The position numbers were made by a program, and so were the translations under genes. The notes under the pieces are model-generated. The model was given only the letters and a program-made list of their open reading frames with translations, was not told the origin of the DNA and ran no database searches. A stretch of 64,000 bases of DNA, from the IMG/VR virus record IMGVR_UViG_3300043427_001796; one strand, 5' to 3'. This document shows, in pieces, positions 55,803 through 64,000 of the stretch. The stretch's first letter is position 1, and the number at the start of each line of letters is the position of its first letter. Source of the DNA: a virus.

Positions 55803-58800
55803 ATGGATCCTGTATTATCAAGTCTATTTCCAACATATAAAATTGGAAACGATGGATTTTCTTGGTGGATTGGTCAGGTTGAAAATAATAAAGACCCAAA
55901 AAATAGCGGAAGAATTCAAGTAAGAATAGTTGGTCAGCATAATCGTGAGGGCGATATAACTCCAACTGCAGACTTACCATGGGCAAATGTGACAATGCCT
56001 CTTAATGTTCCATTTACTACAGGTGGAACAACTGGCGCAACCAACAATATACAAATTGGTGGATGGGTAATTGGATTCTTTATGGACAATGAATGCCAGC
56101 GTCCATTAGTTATTGGATCAATTGCTCACACTAAGGCATCAACATACAAAGATTTACAAGAGTATACACCAGATTTAAAGAGTTTGGGATTCAAACCAAC
56201 TAAAGCAGTTGATTTAAAATCGGAAAAGCATAGATCAGCAGATGAGCAAAGTGGTAAAGATAAAAAAGGAGCTATAACTGATGGTGGTATTCCTGCTGTA
56301 GGAACATCCAATTTAAATAAAAAAGTTCCTCCTGCAGTTGGAGCACTCAAAGGAAAAGAAAGTGACTTAAATCCTACTGGTGGACAAATGTGTGTTGCAA
56401 TTGCAGATCCAAATTGCGATGCAAAAGATTTAGGTGATGATATCAAAAAAATAGTTGGAGAACTTCTTGCAAATACACAAGCATCTGGTGGAAATATTGG
56501 AAGTTACTATGTTAGTAAAATTAATGGTGAATTGTATAGTGCTGTAGACATACCAAGGAGTTATGTAACTAAAATTAATAGGGTAGTTTCTTCGTTTGGA
56601 TCTAGAGTAAAGAAGGAGATTATATATGGAATTCGTGAAGCAATTGATGAGTTAATTCAACTTATCATGGGAGTTCAGAGTGCCAAGGATTTGGCAGATC
56701 AGGGCGCAGATAAGACAAAAAATCCAAAAGAATCTTATATTCCAGTAACAGAAAGAGGTAACTTTTTAAAAGATGTTATTAATACAATTAATACAGTTTT
56801 AAATGAAGTTGGTTGTTCATTCAAGAAAACTTTAGATGATTTAATTAATTTCATCATTGACTTATTGATGGAATATTTGATCGATGCAATTTCAGCAGCA
56901 TTCTGTTTGATTGATAACATTGTTGATAGTATTGTATCGTATATTGATTCTGCTTTTTCAACATTAGTTGAAACAGTTTTAGGACCACTGCAAGATTTAT
57001 TGGGAACCGCTGGAAGTTATCTAGATATCATAGGTGGAGTTGTAAGTAGAGTTTTAAATATACTTGGAATTAGTTGCACTGGCGTTGAAGATAAGTGTAA
57101 TAAAGACAAAACTAGATGCACGGATGGTGGAAGTGATGACAAGAAAGAAGATGAAAAGGATTTTCTTGATAAATTGATTGATGAAATTGAAAAAGGAAGT
57201 TTAACTGGTGGAGATCTTTCAGTTGGAGATAAGTATTCTAGAGGTGTTTGTGAAGATGCAAAGGCAAATGCTCCAGAAGAAGAAACTGAAGTATTTTTTG
57301 TTGGTGGAGTTGAGACAACGCCAGCAAATAGTTCCTATGTTGCAGAGACAACTACGATTCCTGATATTCCAATAGAAACAATAGATTTTCCAACGGATCT
57401 ACCAAATCCACTCACTGATTATAGAAAAGATACAGATCCATTTATTGAGTATAAAATTGTTGCTAGAGAAGACGTAATTGAATCTGGGGGAATCGTAACA
57501 TTTGATATTACTGGTCCAGAAAGAAATGGTGTTTTGGAAGTTGAAGTTATAAGTGCCACAACAGGTATAGCGCAAGAAGAACCATATGAAGAATGTGTGG
57601 TGAATACAGATGATGGACTAGGTGTTGGATTTACCGTACTTCCAGCTAGAGGTGTAATTGATGGCGAAGAAGTGGTCGTTATTGAAATACTTGCACCAGG
57701 AAAGGGATATCTAGTTGGAATGGTATTTACAATCAGTGGTAGTAAAGTTGGTGGTCAAGACGGTGTTGATGATGTAACCTTTGTAATTACTAAGGTAGGT
57801 GAATTAATTAATTATAAAATTTTTGGAGATGTTTACGAAAAGGGATTAGTAAATCCATCAACTTATCCAGAATATGGCGAACTTCTTTACTCAGAACCGA
57901 CTACATTTCCAATAGCGACAAATAAACTCACTGATTGGGATGTTCCTGGTTATGTTGGACTTGAATTTACATCAAAAAGAGCAGCAGATTCAGCAACAAT
58001 ATGGGACGAAGATCCTAAGACTACATTCCCAGAAGAAATTCCTGATGTTAAATTTGTTAGTTTGACTACAGACAAAGAATCATATATTGAGGGAGAAACT
58101 ATAAATTATGCAGTCAATACAATTGGTTATAATAATGGAACAATATTTAATTACAAAATTTTTGGAGGGGTAAGCGAATCAGACTATAAACTTTCGGATG
58201 AAGATAAAAAAGTATTGATAAATGATTCATTGGGAGAATTTTACATCTATGTAATTGAAGATGACGATGACACTGAACTTACAGAAACATTAACTGTTCT
58301 ACTATTTGAAGATGGAACTGACAAACCAGTTGCATCTAAAACTATTTTTATTGTTGCGGAAGAGAAAGATGAAGAAGAGACTCCATTTACATTATCTCCA
58401 GACACTACACAAGAACAACTTGAAGAGTATTTGAATAATATTGTTATAACTAAGGAAAAAGATTTTGCGGATCAAAAGACAAAAACACCACCAGAATTAG
58501 GAGTTAAGAATCCATTAACTCCTAATGTTCCTAGCAATATACCAAAAGATCCCCCCACTGCGGGAACTCCAGTTACTGATGATGTTGGATCTATTATTAG
58601 CATTTCGATTGATAATCCAGGGGGCAAAACATATCAAATTCCTCCAAAAGTGATTATCCGTGGAAAGGGATCAGGTGCTGCTGGCATTGCTCTACTTGAT
58701 AGAAATGGATTTGTTTCTGAAATTAGAGTGACTAGAATTGGTTCTGGTTATAAAAGAAACGTTTCTGGACAAAATACTGATTCAATCTGTGTCATAGATT

Positions 58801-59087
58801 CATTTACTCTCATTAGACCAGGATTTGGATATACAGAACAACCAACATTATACATCGATGGTGATCCTAACATAGGTGAAATTATTATTGATGATAATGG
58901 ATTTATCACTGGAGCAAGAGTGTTAAATAGAAGTAAGTCTTTTACTACTATTCCTGATATTTTGATTGCTGGTGGTGGAGGAGTTGGAGGATTTGTTCTT
59001 CCCAGTTTAGTATGCTTACCACAGGAAGAATTAGAGCGTAAGGGATATGTGAAGATTGGAACTGGTTCTTATATTGATTGCCCATAA
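55803..59087 (+). CDS. 5: Baseplate hub gp5-like protein (OB fold; no lysozyme domain seen)
   Basis: WWIGQVE...GRIQVRIVGQH...LPWA...WVIGFFMD...PLVIGS. Confidence 0.85.
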   Translation: MDPVLSSLFPTYKIGNDGFSWWIGQVENNKDPKNSGRIQVRIVGQHNREGDITPTADLPWANVTMPLNVPFTTGGTTGATNNIQIGGWVIGFFMDNECQRPLVIGSIAHTKASTYKDLQEYTPDLKSLGFKPTKAVDLKSEKHRSADEQSGKDKKGAITDGGIPAVGTSNLNKKVPPAVGALKGKESDLNPTGGQMCVAIADPNCDAKDLGDDIKKIVGELLANTQASGGNIGSYYVSKINGELYSAVDIPRSYVTKINRVVSSFGSRVKKEIIYGIREAIDELIQLIMGVQSAKDLADQGADKTKNPKESYIPVTERGNFLKDVINTINTVLNEVGCSFKKTLDDLINFIIDLLMEYLIDAISAAFCLIDNIVDSIVSYIDSAFSTLVETVLGPLQDLLGTAGSYLDIIGGVVSRVLNILGISCTGVEDKCNKDKTRCTDGGSDDKKEDEKDFLDKLIDEIEKGSLTGGDLSVGDKYSRGVCEDAKANAPEEETEVFFVGGVETTPANSSYVAETTTIPDIPIETIDFPTDLPNPLTDYRKDTDPFIEYKIVAREDVIESGGIVTFDITGPERNGVLEVEVISATTGIAQEEPYEECVVNTDDGLGVGFTVLPARGVIDGEEVVVIEILAPGKGYLVGMVFTISGSKVGGQDGVDDVTFVITKVGELINYKIFGDVYEKGLVNPSTYPEYGELLYSEPTTFPIATNKLTDWDVPGYVGLEFTSKRAADSATIWDEDPKTTFPEEIPDVKFVSLTTDKESYIEGETINYAVNTIGYNNGTIFNYKIFGGVSESDYKLSDEDKKVLINDSLGEFYIYVIEDDDDTELTETLTVLLFEDGTDKPVASKTIFIVAEEKDEEETPFTLSPDTTQEQLEEYLNNIVITKEKDFADQKTKTPPELGVKNPLTPNVPSNIPKDPPTAGTPVTDDVGSIISISIDNPGGKTYQIPPKVIIRGKGSGAAGIALLDRNGFVSEIRVTRIGSGYKRNVSGQNTDSICVIDSFTLIRPGFGYTEQPTLYIDGDPNIGEIIIDDNGFITGARVLNRSKSFTTIPDILIAGGGGVGGFVLPSLVCLPQEELERKGYVKIGTGSYIDCP

Positions 59088-60172
59088 TGTCACAAAGTTA
59101 TAATCAACCTACTAATATTCCAAGTGCCATAGGAGCTAATGCTTCGGCAGTTCCAACTGATGGAAGAACATCGGTTGAGGATGATTCCATTCTCTTTTGC
59201 ACTAAGGACATTCAAATTATAGGTGTGCATCTTGGATATGCCATAGGAACATTCTCAAACAAAGATGGTTCTGGTGGTTTATTCATAAGTGATGGTCAAA
59301 GCACATTCAACATCGATGAAAATAAAACAATACACTTACAGACTGGTAAAAGTGCAATAGATGGTGCCACTGGAGGAGGACTTCAATTAAGAAGTGATTG
59401 GTTGCACTCAAAGATTAAAGAGATGACCTTAGAGGTCACTGGAGTAGACGATGAATCTACGCAAGATGCATCCGGATCCGAAGAAAGAAATCCGGCATTT
59501 TCTTTAAAAATATATGGAGATGCAGCAATTAATTGTGTGGGTGGAGATTTAAAAATTGGTGGAAATAATATACTAATTAAGGCAGAAGATCAACTTAAAT
59601 TAGTTGCCGGATCGCAAATACTAGCAGTCTCATCTGATGGAACTGGAAAAATAGATTTATTGGGTGGAGAAGTAAAGACAACTGCAAAATTTGCAAAGTT
59701 CGATCTTACTGGATCCTTTTATGTTGATGGACCATCTGAAATAACCTTTAACCAAAAATTAAGTGTTGATCCAGTTACGAGCAAAGTAACTCTGGCTCCA
59801 ACGTCTTCTAGTAATGCTACTAACAGCATCGGTAATATTACTAACGTTGTTACTGGACAAGTTGCTACTACAACTATAGGTAATACTCAAATTGATGCTA
59901 ATAAATTTTTAACTAGAGATAATCAAGGATCTTCAACCATTTCACTTGGACCTAATTACCTCTATAGTCTAGCACAGATTGAGGTAGAAGCTGTAGGAAC
60001 TCCAAGAGAGAATTCAAGAGGATTGAATGCATATCAATTGACAGTTGGTGGATCTATAGGAACATCCTATGATTTAGCTGCAGGAGCAATCAATCAAAAT
60101 GCTGTAGGAAGTATAACATCCACTTCAGTATCATATACATCTCTAATTGGTCTCACAATTCAACTGAACTAA
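59087..60172 (+). CDS. Probable gp5 C-terminal/spike-like beta-repeat protein
   Basis: Coupled to gp5 (TAATG); repeated beta-strand pattern; ends IQLN. Confidence 0.6.
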   Translation: MSQSYNQPTNIPSAIGANASAVPTDGRTSVEDDSILFCTKDIQIIGVHLGYAIGTFSNKDGSGGLFISDGQSTFNIDENKTIHLQTGKSAIDGATGGGLQLRSDWLHSKIKEMTLEVTGVDDESTQDASGSEERNPAFSLKIYGDAAINCVGGDLKIGGNNILIKAEDQLKLVAGSQILAVSSDGTGKIDLLGGEVKTTAKFAKFDLTGSFYVDGPSEITFNQKLSVDPVTSKVTLAPTSSSNATNSIGNITNVVTGQVATTTIGNTQIDANKFLTRDNQGSSTISLGPNYLYSLAQIEVEAVGTPRENSRGLNAYQLTVGGSIGTSYDLAAGAINQNAVGSITSTSVSYTSLIGLTIQLN

Positions 60173-60232
60173 GGGGCTTGACAAACCTCAGAAAGTGACC
60201 TAGGATAAGCTTGTCCGGTAAAGATGAGACAT

Positions 60233-60382
60233 ATGAAGCTTAAAGTAACCAAGAGAAACTTCACTGATTCTAATGGAAATAGTTGGGAATGGGAAGAGAC
60301 TGCTGAGACTCTTCAAGCACTCAACGTCCTCCATGGGGTCAGTCCGAAAACTGCCACACCCCCCTTGACAAGACCCACCTAA
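60233..60382 (+). CDS. Small hypothetical protein (49 aa)
   Basis: MKLKVTKRNFTDSNGNSWEWEET...; downstream of TTGACA-N17-TAGGAT (60178-60206). Confidence 0.5.
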   Translation: MKLKVTKRNFTDSNGNSWEWEETAETLQALNVLHGVSPKTATPPLTRPT

Positions 60383-60393
60383 CCTGTTATTAT
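60336..60393 (+). promoter_or_regulatory. Palindrome-associated sigma70 promoter
   Basis: GGGTCAGT-N6-ACTGCCAC-N7-TTGACA-N17-TATTAT. Confidence 0.65.
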
Positions 60394-60427
60394 ACATACA
60401 TACAAACGACGAGGTTAAACGGGAGCG

Positions 60428-60550
60428 ATGAAAGTTCCAAACTGGCAACACCACTCCAAGAAAGAACAGAAACGCTCCCTTAAACCTCAGATGTTGAGGG
60501 CAGCAAAACAGAGGCGTCAAGCACTTAAGAAAAAATTGCTATTTCAATGA
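60428..60550 (+). CDS. Small basic conserved cyanophage protein (40 aa)
   Basis: MKVPNWQHHSKKEQKRSLKPQMLRAAKQRRQALKKKLLFQ*; GGAG SD. Confidence 0.65.
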   Translation: MKVPNWQHHSKKEQKRSLKPQMLRAAKQRRQALKKKLLFQ

Positions 60551-61071
60551 ATCATAAATTATTGCCCAATAATGCCAATAATTTAATAATTTGGGAAGAA
60601 TTATTTGAATACATTCAAATGTATTGCGATAATCACAATTTACACAAATACTCCCAAATTGCAGGAAATGGTATTGATCCTATCGATTTTAATAATCTAA
60701 CATATAGATTAAGAATTTTGGGTGAGCATGAAAATATTCCTTTTATGCAAGAAAAATTCAATGCATTTTTTTCTATTTTTGATTTGCAAAATTTTGTAGC
60801 AGAGAAAGAAAAGCAAAATTTGTTTCCTCACTTTGCTATATATTTTTCATTTTTTCCACATGCAAAATCTCACGGAAATCATTGTGATGAAACCGATTTA
60901 TTTCATTGGCAACAAGTTGGTAAAACGGAGTGGACAATCACGGAATCTGGTGAAACATACAAATATGTTTTAAACCCCGGAGATTGTATTTTTCTACCAG
61001 AAGGAACATATCATGATGTTGTTCCTTTAACTCCAAGAATTGGATTATCATTTGGATTTTGGACAAAGTAA
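60547..61071 (+). CDS. JmjC/cupin-family oxygenase
   Basis: HCDETDLFHWQQVGKTEW...LNPGDCIFLPEGTYHDV. Confidence 0.75.
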   Translation: MNHKLLPNNANNLIIWEELFEYIQMYCDNHNLHKYSQIAGNGIDPIDFNNLTYRLRILGEHENIPFMQEKFNAFFSIFDLQNFVAEKEKQNLFPHFAIYFSFFPHAKSHGNHCDETDLFHWQQVGKTEWTITESGETYKYVLNPGDCIFLPEGTYHDVVPLTPRIGLSFGFWTK

Positions 61072-61649
61072 TGAAACCTATTATACATAGCAACTTTATA
61101 TACGAGTATAAAAATTTTGTGCCTGTAGAAGTTTGTGAAGAAATTATCAATTATAGTAAATATTTTGGTAATTTTTTAACTGACGACAGTAGAAATAAGA
61201 TTAGAAATAACCAAGCATTTAATCTAACGACGATGGCACCCCAAAATCCATATGTCAAATATATTGATGATATTGCTCACAAATATTTTACTGAGGTTCA
61301 TCAAAGATTTAACGTTGATAATCATTTAATTAAAATTAATTATCCACATGGTAAAAGCAGCTCATTTCAATCTGAATACATATATAGAAAATATGATGTA
61401 AATGATTACTACAATTGGCACGCAGATTTAGATCCAAAGAAAAATTTTGTTCTTTCTTATGTTCTTTATTTAAATGAAGATTACACAGGTGGAAATTTAC
61501 TTTTTCATAATGATAGAGTAAAAATATCTCCTAGTGTTGGCACTTTTATATGCTTTCCTACAGGATATAGTATGCTTCACAAAGCAACTAAAGTTCATTC
61601 TGGTAATAAACATATTATATGGAGTTGTTTTGAGTTGGTTGAATTTTAA
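61071..61649 (+). CDS. 2OG-Fe(II) oxygenase (prolyl-hydroxylase-like)
   Basis: WHAD, LSYVLYLNEDYTGG, FP...HKATKVHSGNK. Confidence 0.88.
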   Translation: MKPIIHSNFIYEYKNFVPVEVCEEIINYSKYFGNFLTDDSRNKIRNNQAFNLTTMAPQNPYVKYIDDIAHKYFTEVHQRFNVDNHLIKINYPHGKSSSFQSEYIYRKYDVNDYYNWHADLDPKKNFVLSYVLYLNEDYTGGNLLFHNDRVKISPSVGTFICFPTGYSMLHKATKVHSGNKHIIWSCFELVEF

Positions 61650-61655
61650 TTTTTC

Positions 61656-61728
61656 GCTGGTTTAGCTATCTGGTGAAAGCACCCGACTCATAATCGGATA
61701 TAGGTGGGTTCAATCCCCTCAACCAGCA
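61656..61728 (+). tRNA. tRNA with CAU anticodon (elongator Met or lysidine Ile2)
   Basis: GCUGGUU/AACCAGC, loop CUCAUAA. Confidence 0.85.
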
Positions 61729-61814
61729 TTTGGACTCCAGCAAGGTGCTTGCTAGGATATAAACAACTGACGCCTCCCTCTGCGGAAAGAGTAACCATCA
61801 GGTCAGTGTCCAAA
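61729..61814 (+). ncRNA. Candidate three-way-junction RNA between tRNAs
   Basis: UUUGGAC/GUCCAAA closing stem; AGCAAG/CUUGCU and ACUGAC/GUCAGU arms. Confidence 0.45.
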
Positions 61815-61820
61815 TTATAT

Positions 61821-61902
61821 GTCGCTGTGGCGGAATTGGTAGACGCGCTGGGTTTAGGTTCCAGTGAATTAATTCGTGGAGGTTCAAGTCCTCTCAGCGA
61901 CA
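61821..61902 (+). tRNA. tRNA-Leu(UAG)
   Basis: GUCGCUG/CAGCGAC, loop UUUAGGU, long variable arm. Confidence 0.93.
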
Positions 61903-61905
61903 TTT

Positions 61906-61997
61906 GGAGGATTGGCAGAGTTAGGTTTAATGCAGGAGATTGCTAATCTCCCGATGTCTTCTATGGGCATCCGTTGGTTCAAATCCAACATCCTCCG
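61906..61997 (+). tRNA. tRNA-Ser(GCU)
   Basis: GGAGGAU/AUCCUCC, GGAGA-UUGCUAA-UCUCC, long variable arm. Confidence 0.93.
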
Positions 61998-62003
61998 CCT
62001 CAT

Positions 62004-62078
62004 TCTGAGGTAGCCAAGTGGTAAGGCAGCGGGTTTTGGTCCCGCCATTCGTGGGTCCGAATCCTACCCTCAGAACCA
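62004..62078 (+). tRNA. tRNA-Gln(UUG), encoded CCA
   Basis: UCUGAGG/CCUCAGA, GCGGG-UUUUGGU-CCCGC; T-loop UCCGAAU. Confidence 0.85.
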
Positions 62079-62079
62079 A

Positions 62080-62151
62080 GGGTCTGTAACTCAACGGTAG
62101 AGTAACGGGCTTTTAACCTGGAAGTTGTGGGTTCAAATCCCACCAGACCCA
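62080..62151 (+). tRNA. tRNA-Lys(UUU)
   Basis: GGGUCUG/CAGACCC, loop CUUUUAA. Confidence 0.93.
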
Positions 62152-62153
62152 TT

Positions 62154-62225
62154 GGAACCGTAGCTCAGTGGTAGAGCACTCGGCTGATAACCGAGCGGTC
62201 ACAAGTTCAAATCTTGTCGGTTCCA
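62154..62225 (+). tRNA. tRNA-Ile(GAU)
   Basis: GGAACCG/CGGUUCC, CUCGG-CUGAUAA-CCGAG. Confidence 0.95.
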
Positions 62226-62226
62226 C

Positions 62227-62255
62227 TTGACAACCATCCATCCTTATGGTATGAT
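62227..62255 (+). promoter_or_regulatory. sigma70 promoter inside tRNA cluster 2
   Basis: TTGACA-N17-TATGAT with TG. Confidence 0.75.
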
Positions 62256-62270
62256 TGTCTTATCCCGAAA

Positions 62271-62345
62271 GGGACTGTCGCCTATAGGTTAAGGCCCACT
62301 GCTTATAACGGTGTGAACGGAGTTCAAGTCTCCGCAGTCCTACCA
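62271..62345 (+). tRNA. tRNA-Ile(UAU), encoded CCA
   Basis: GGGACUG/CAGUCCU, CACUG-CUUAUAA-CGGUG. Confidence 0.85.
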
Positions 62346-62346
62346 A

Positions 62347-62430
62347 GCGAGTATGGTGGAATCGGTAGACACACCAGACTTAAAATCTGTTGGGGGCAAC
62401 CCCGTGGGAGTTCAAGTCTCCCTGCTCGCA
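62347..62430 (+). tRNA. tRNA-Leu(UAA), intronless
   Basis: GCGAGUA/UGCUCGC, loop CUUAAAA, variable arm GGGG-GCAA-CCCC. Confidence 0.93.
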
Positions 62431-62464
62431 TCCACACTAAATAACCTTGTGTGGAAATTCAAAC

Positions 62465-62734
62465 ATGAAATACCATCTATCACAATCTTATGTCTTCTAC
62501 ATGGGGGAAGTGGTGAGAATGTATTTCATACAGGGTATTCCTTATACATTTGATGAACTTCCTCAAATTATACAGGATCACCCATCAGTTCAAACACAAG
62601 CATTGTCCAATCGTGACTATGATGATGAAGACATGTATTTGGCATCTAATTATTTGGTGACAGAAGCAGCACATCCACTTATGTTTGAACTGGAAGTAGA
62701 CGATCCAGAACTTTTACCTAAAGATGATTCATGA
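62465..62734 (+). CDS. Conserved cyanophage hypothetical protein
   Basis: VRMYFIQGIPYTFDELP...HPLMFELEV; CTAAATA upstream. Confidence 0.7.
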   Translation: MKYHLSQSYVFYMGEVVRMYFIQGIPYTFDELPQIIQDHPSVQTQALSNRDYDDEDMYLASNYLVTEAAHPLMFELEVDDPELLPKDDS

Positions 62735-63224
62735 ATTTCGTAATCGCTTAATTGGCACATTTGAGAACAAACGTCAAGCATTTCGTAATCCTTCTCGGTT
62801 TGCGTATGTTAGAATTGTTCACAAGGATGTGGATGGATCTCTGATCTATGGCGAGCAAGCATACCACTATATGCTAAACTCTCCATATCGGAAGTTTGTC
62901 CTAGAACCAGTTGAAGATAACGGAAGACTAGTAATTAAAAATTACTCAGTGATTGATCATAATCTTCCCATCACGAAAGATAATCTCTCCTATCGTGATG
63001 GTTGTGACATCTATTTTAATCTAATTGATGATGTCTTTGTTGGATCCTCAGAAGGATGTAATTGCGTCGTGATGAGAGGAGGTAAGGAAACTTACTTCAC
63101 AACAAAAGCACAGATTGGACCAAACTATTATCATGTTATTGATCGTGGTTTTGATCCAGTCAGCAAGAAACAAATCTGGGGAACTGAATATGGTCCCTTT
63201 GAATTTTCTAAACTCTCTATATAA
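62724..63224 (+). CDS. cpeT: CpcT/CpeT-family phycobiliprotein lyase
   Basis: GTFENKRQAF-NP-RFA, YGEQAY...PYR, DRGFDP...IWG...GPFEF. Confidence 0.85.
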   Translation: MIHEFRNRLIGTFENKRQAFRNPSRFAYVRIVHKDVDGSLIYGEQAYHYMLNSPYRKFVLEPVEDNGRLVIKNYSVIDHNLPITKDNLSYRDGCDIYFNLIDDVFVGSSEGCNCVVMRGGKETYFTTKAQIGPNYYHVIDRGFDPVSKKQIWGTEYGPFEFSKLSI

Positions 63225-63244
63225 TTTGGAAGACGGTAAAAGTT

Positions 63245-63715
63245 ATGGACTACCCAGACCCGTATAAACCAGTTCTAGTATTGAATAGTTCTTACGAACC
63301 AATCAACATCACAAATTGGAAACGAGCAATCGTTCTACTTCTCAAAAATAAAGCACATATGCTCTCTAAGAGAGTTATCAGACTAGTTAATTACATTGCT
63401 CTCCCTCTTAAAAAGATGAGAGTAACACAACCAACTCGTAAGATGATTTACCAACGAGATGACAACAAATGTCAGTATTGTGGATCAACCAGACATCTTA
63501 CAATTGATCATGTAATTCCTAGATCTAAAGGTGGCGGGGATACGTGGGAAAACATGGTGGTTGCCTGTTCGTCATGTAATACGAAAAAAGGTGATAAATA
63601 TCTTGAACAAACTGGTATGAAATTGGCGAAAAATCCTAGAGCACCCATCAACACCATGTTTTTATCTTTAGAAAAATCTAAGGATCCAGAGTGGACAGAA
63701 TACGTCTTCATGTGA
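63245..63715 (+). CDS. HNH endonuclease (McrA/HNH_5-like)
   Basis: VLVLNSSYEP, RDDNKCQYCG, TIDHVIPRSKGG, ACSSCNTKKG. Confidence 0.9.
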   Translation: MDYPDPYKPVLVLNSSYEPINITNWKRAIVLLLKNKAHMLSKRVIRLVNYIALPLKKMRVTQPTRKMIYQRDDNKCQYCGSTRHLTIDHVIPRSKGGGDTWENMVVACSSCNTKKGDKYLEQTGMKLAKNPRAPINTMFLSLEKSKDPEWTEYVFM

Positions 63716-63768
63716 TATAATATGAGAGGGAATACAAAAGGTCCGAATAGCAGGACGCCCTCTTTCTT

Positions 63769-63840
63769 GCCTAATTAGCTCAGTGGTAGAGCACTCGCCT
63801 TGTAAGCGAGCGGTCGTCAGTTCAAGTCTGACATTAGGCT
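63769..63840 (+). tRNA. tRNA-Thr(UGU)
   Basis: GCCUAAU/AUUAGGC, CUCGC-CUUGUAA-GCGAG. Confidence 0.95.
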
Positions 63841-64000
63841 CTTGGTAGTCCTTAGCGATTAACCATGATCTCCAGATGCCATTTGGTAGTTTCCTTAGTC
63901 TGGGGTGATATAAAGGGTCAAACTACCTGTAGGAACCAAAACCTCTCCTTGGTCTTAGTATTCTGTGACCAAGTGAAGTAAAGAGGGGGGCTTAAGGTGA

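Noticed and set aside
61766-61792. CUGACG...GAAA as a hammerhead ribozyme core
   Set aside because: Lacks CUGANGA and the stems are not arranged as a hammerhead.
61688-62553. Short ORFs across the tRNA cluster (also 8146..8379)
   Set aside because: They overlap well-formed tRNA genes.
63245-63715. HNH gene as an intron-encoded or mobile homing element
   Set aside because: Free-standing, no intron or interrupted gene seen; resembles the common McrA-like family.

Overview
A 64-kb segment of a large, AT-rich T4-like cyanophage (cyanomyovirus). The many tRNAs and the gene set suggest a freshwater Synechococcus/Cyanobium phage, which is inference. From left to right: (1) lysis/cell-wall genes (C39-like peptidase, GH24 lysozyme, Pro/acidic repeat protein, SNase, RlpA); (2) a first tRNA region (Tyr, Arg, Val, Pro, Gly) with structured RNAs, talC and redoxins; (3) a 23.5-kb block of giant virion/fibre proteins (beta-helix, paralog pair, LRR, PA14); (4) auxiliary metabolic genes (SLH porin, two hli, petF, psbA, speD, an NtcA box + glutamine riboswitch + DUF4278 peptide, thyX, phoH); (5) T4 core genes (exonuclease, 33, 32, 53, 48, 2, 4, 54-like, 26, 51, two tape-measure-like proteins carrying cell-wall hydrolases, hub, 5); (6) cupin and 2OG-Fe(II) oxygenases, a second tRNA cluster (CAU, Leu x2, Ser, Gln, Lys, Ile x2, Thr), cpeT/cpcT and an HNH nuclease. 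The most striking unannotated signals are two candidate -1 programmed ribosomal frameshifts. The first is T_TTT_TTC with GGAGG 10 nt upstream; it would fuse gp26 to gp51 between a tail-tube-like gene and tape-measure-like genes, the lambda G/GT arrangement. The second is A_AAA_AAG, which would fuse the C39-like peptidase to the lysozyme. Other candidates are several structured ncRNAs (rlpA leader, inter-tRNA RNAs), a palindrome placed 7-8 nt before -35 boxes, and host-type NtcA and RpaB(HLR1) boxes. All assignments come from reading motifs by eye; no searches were run.
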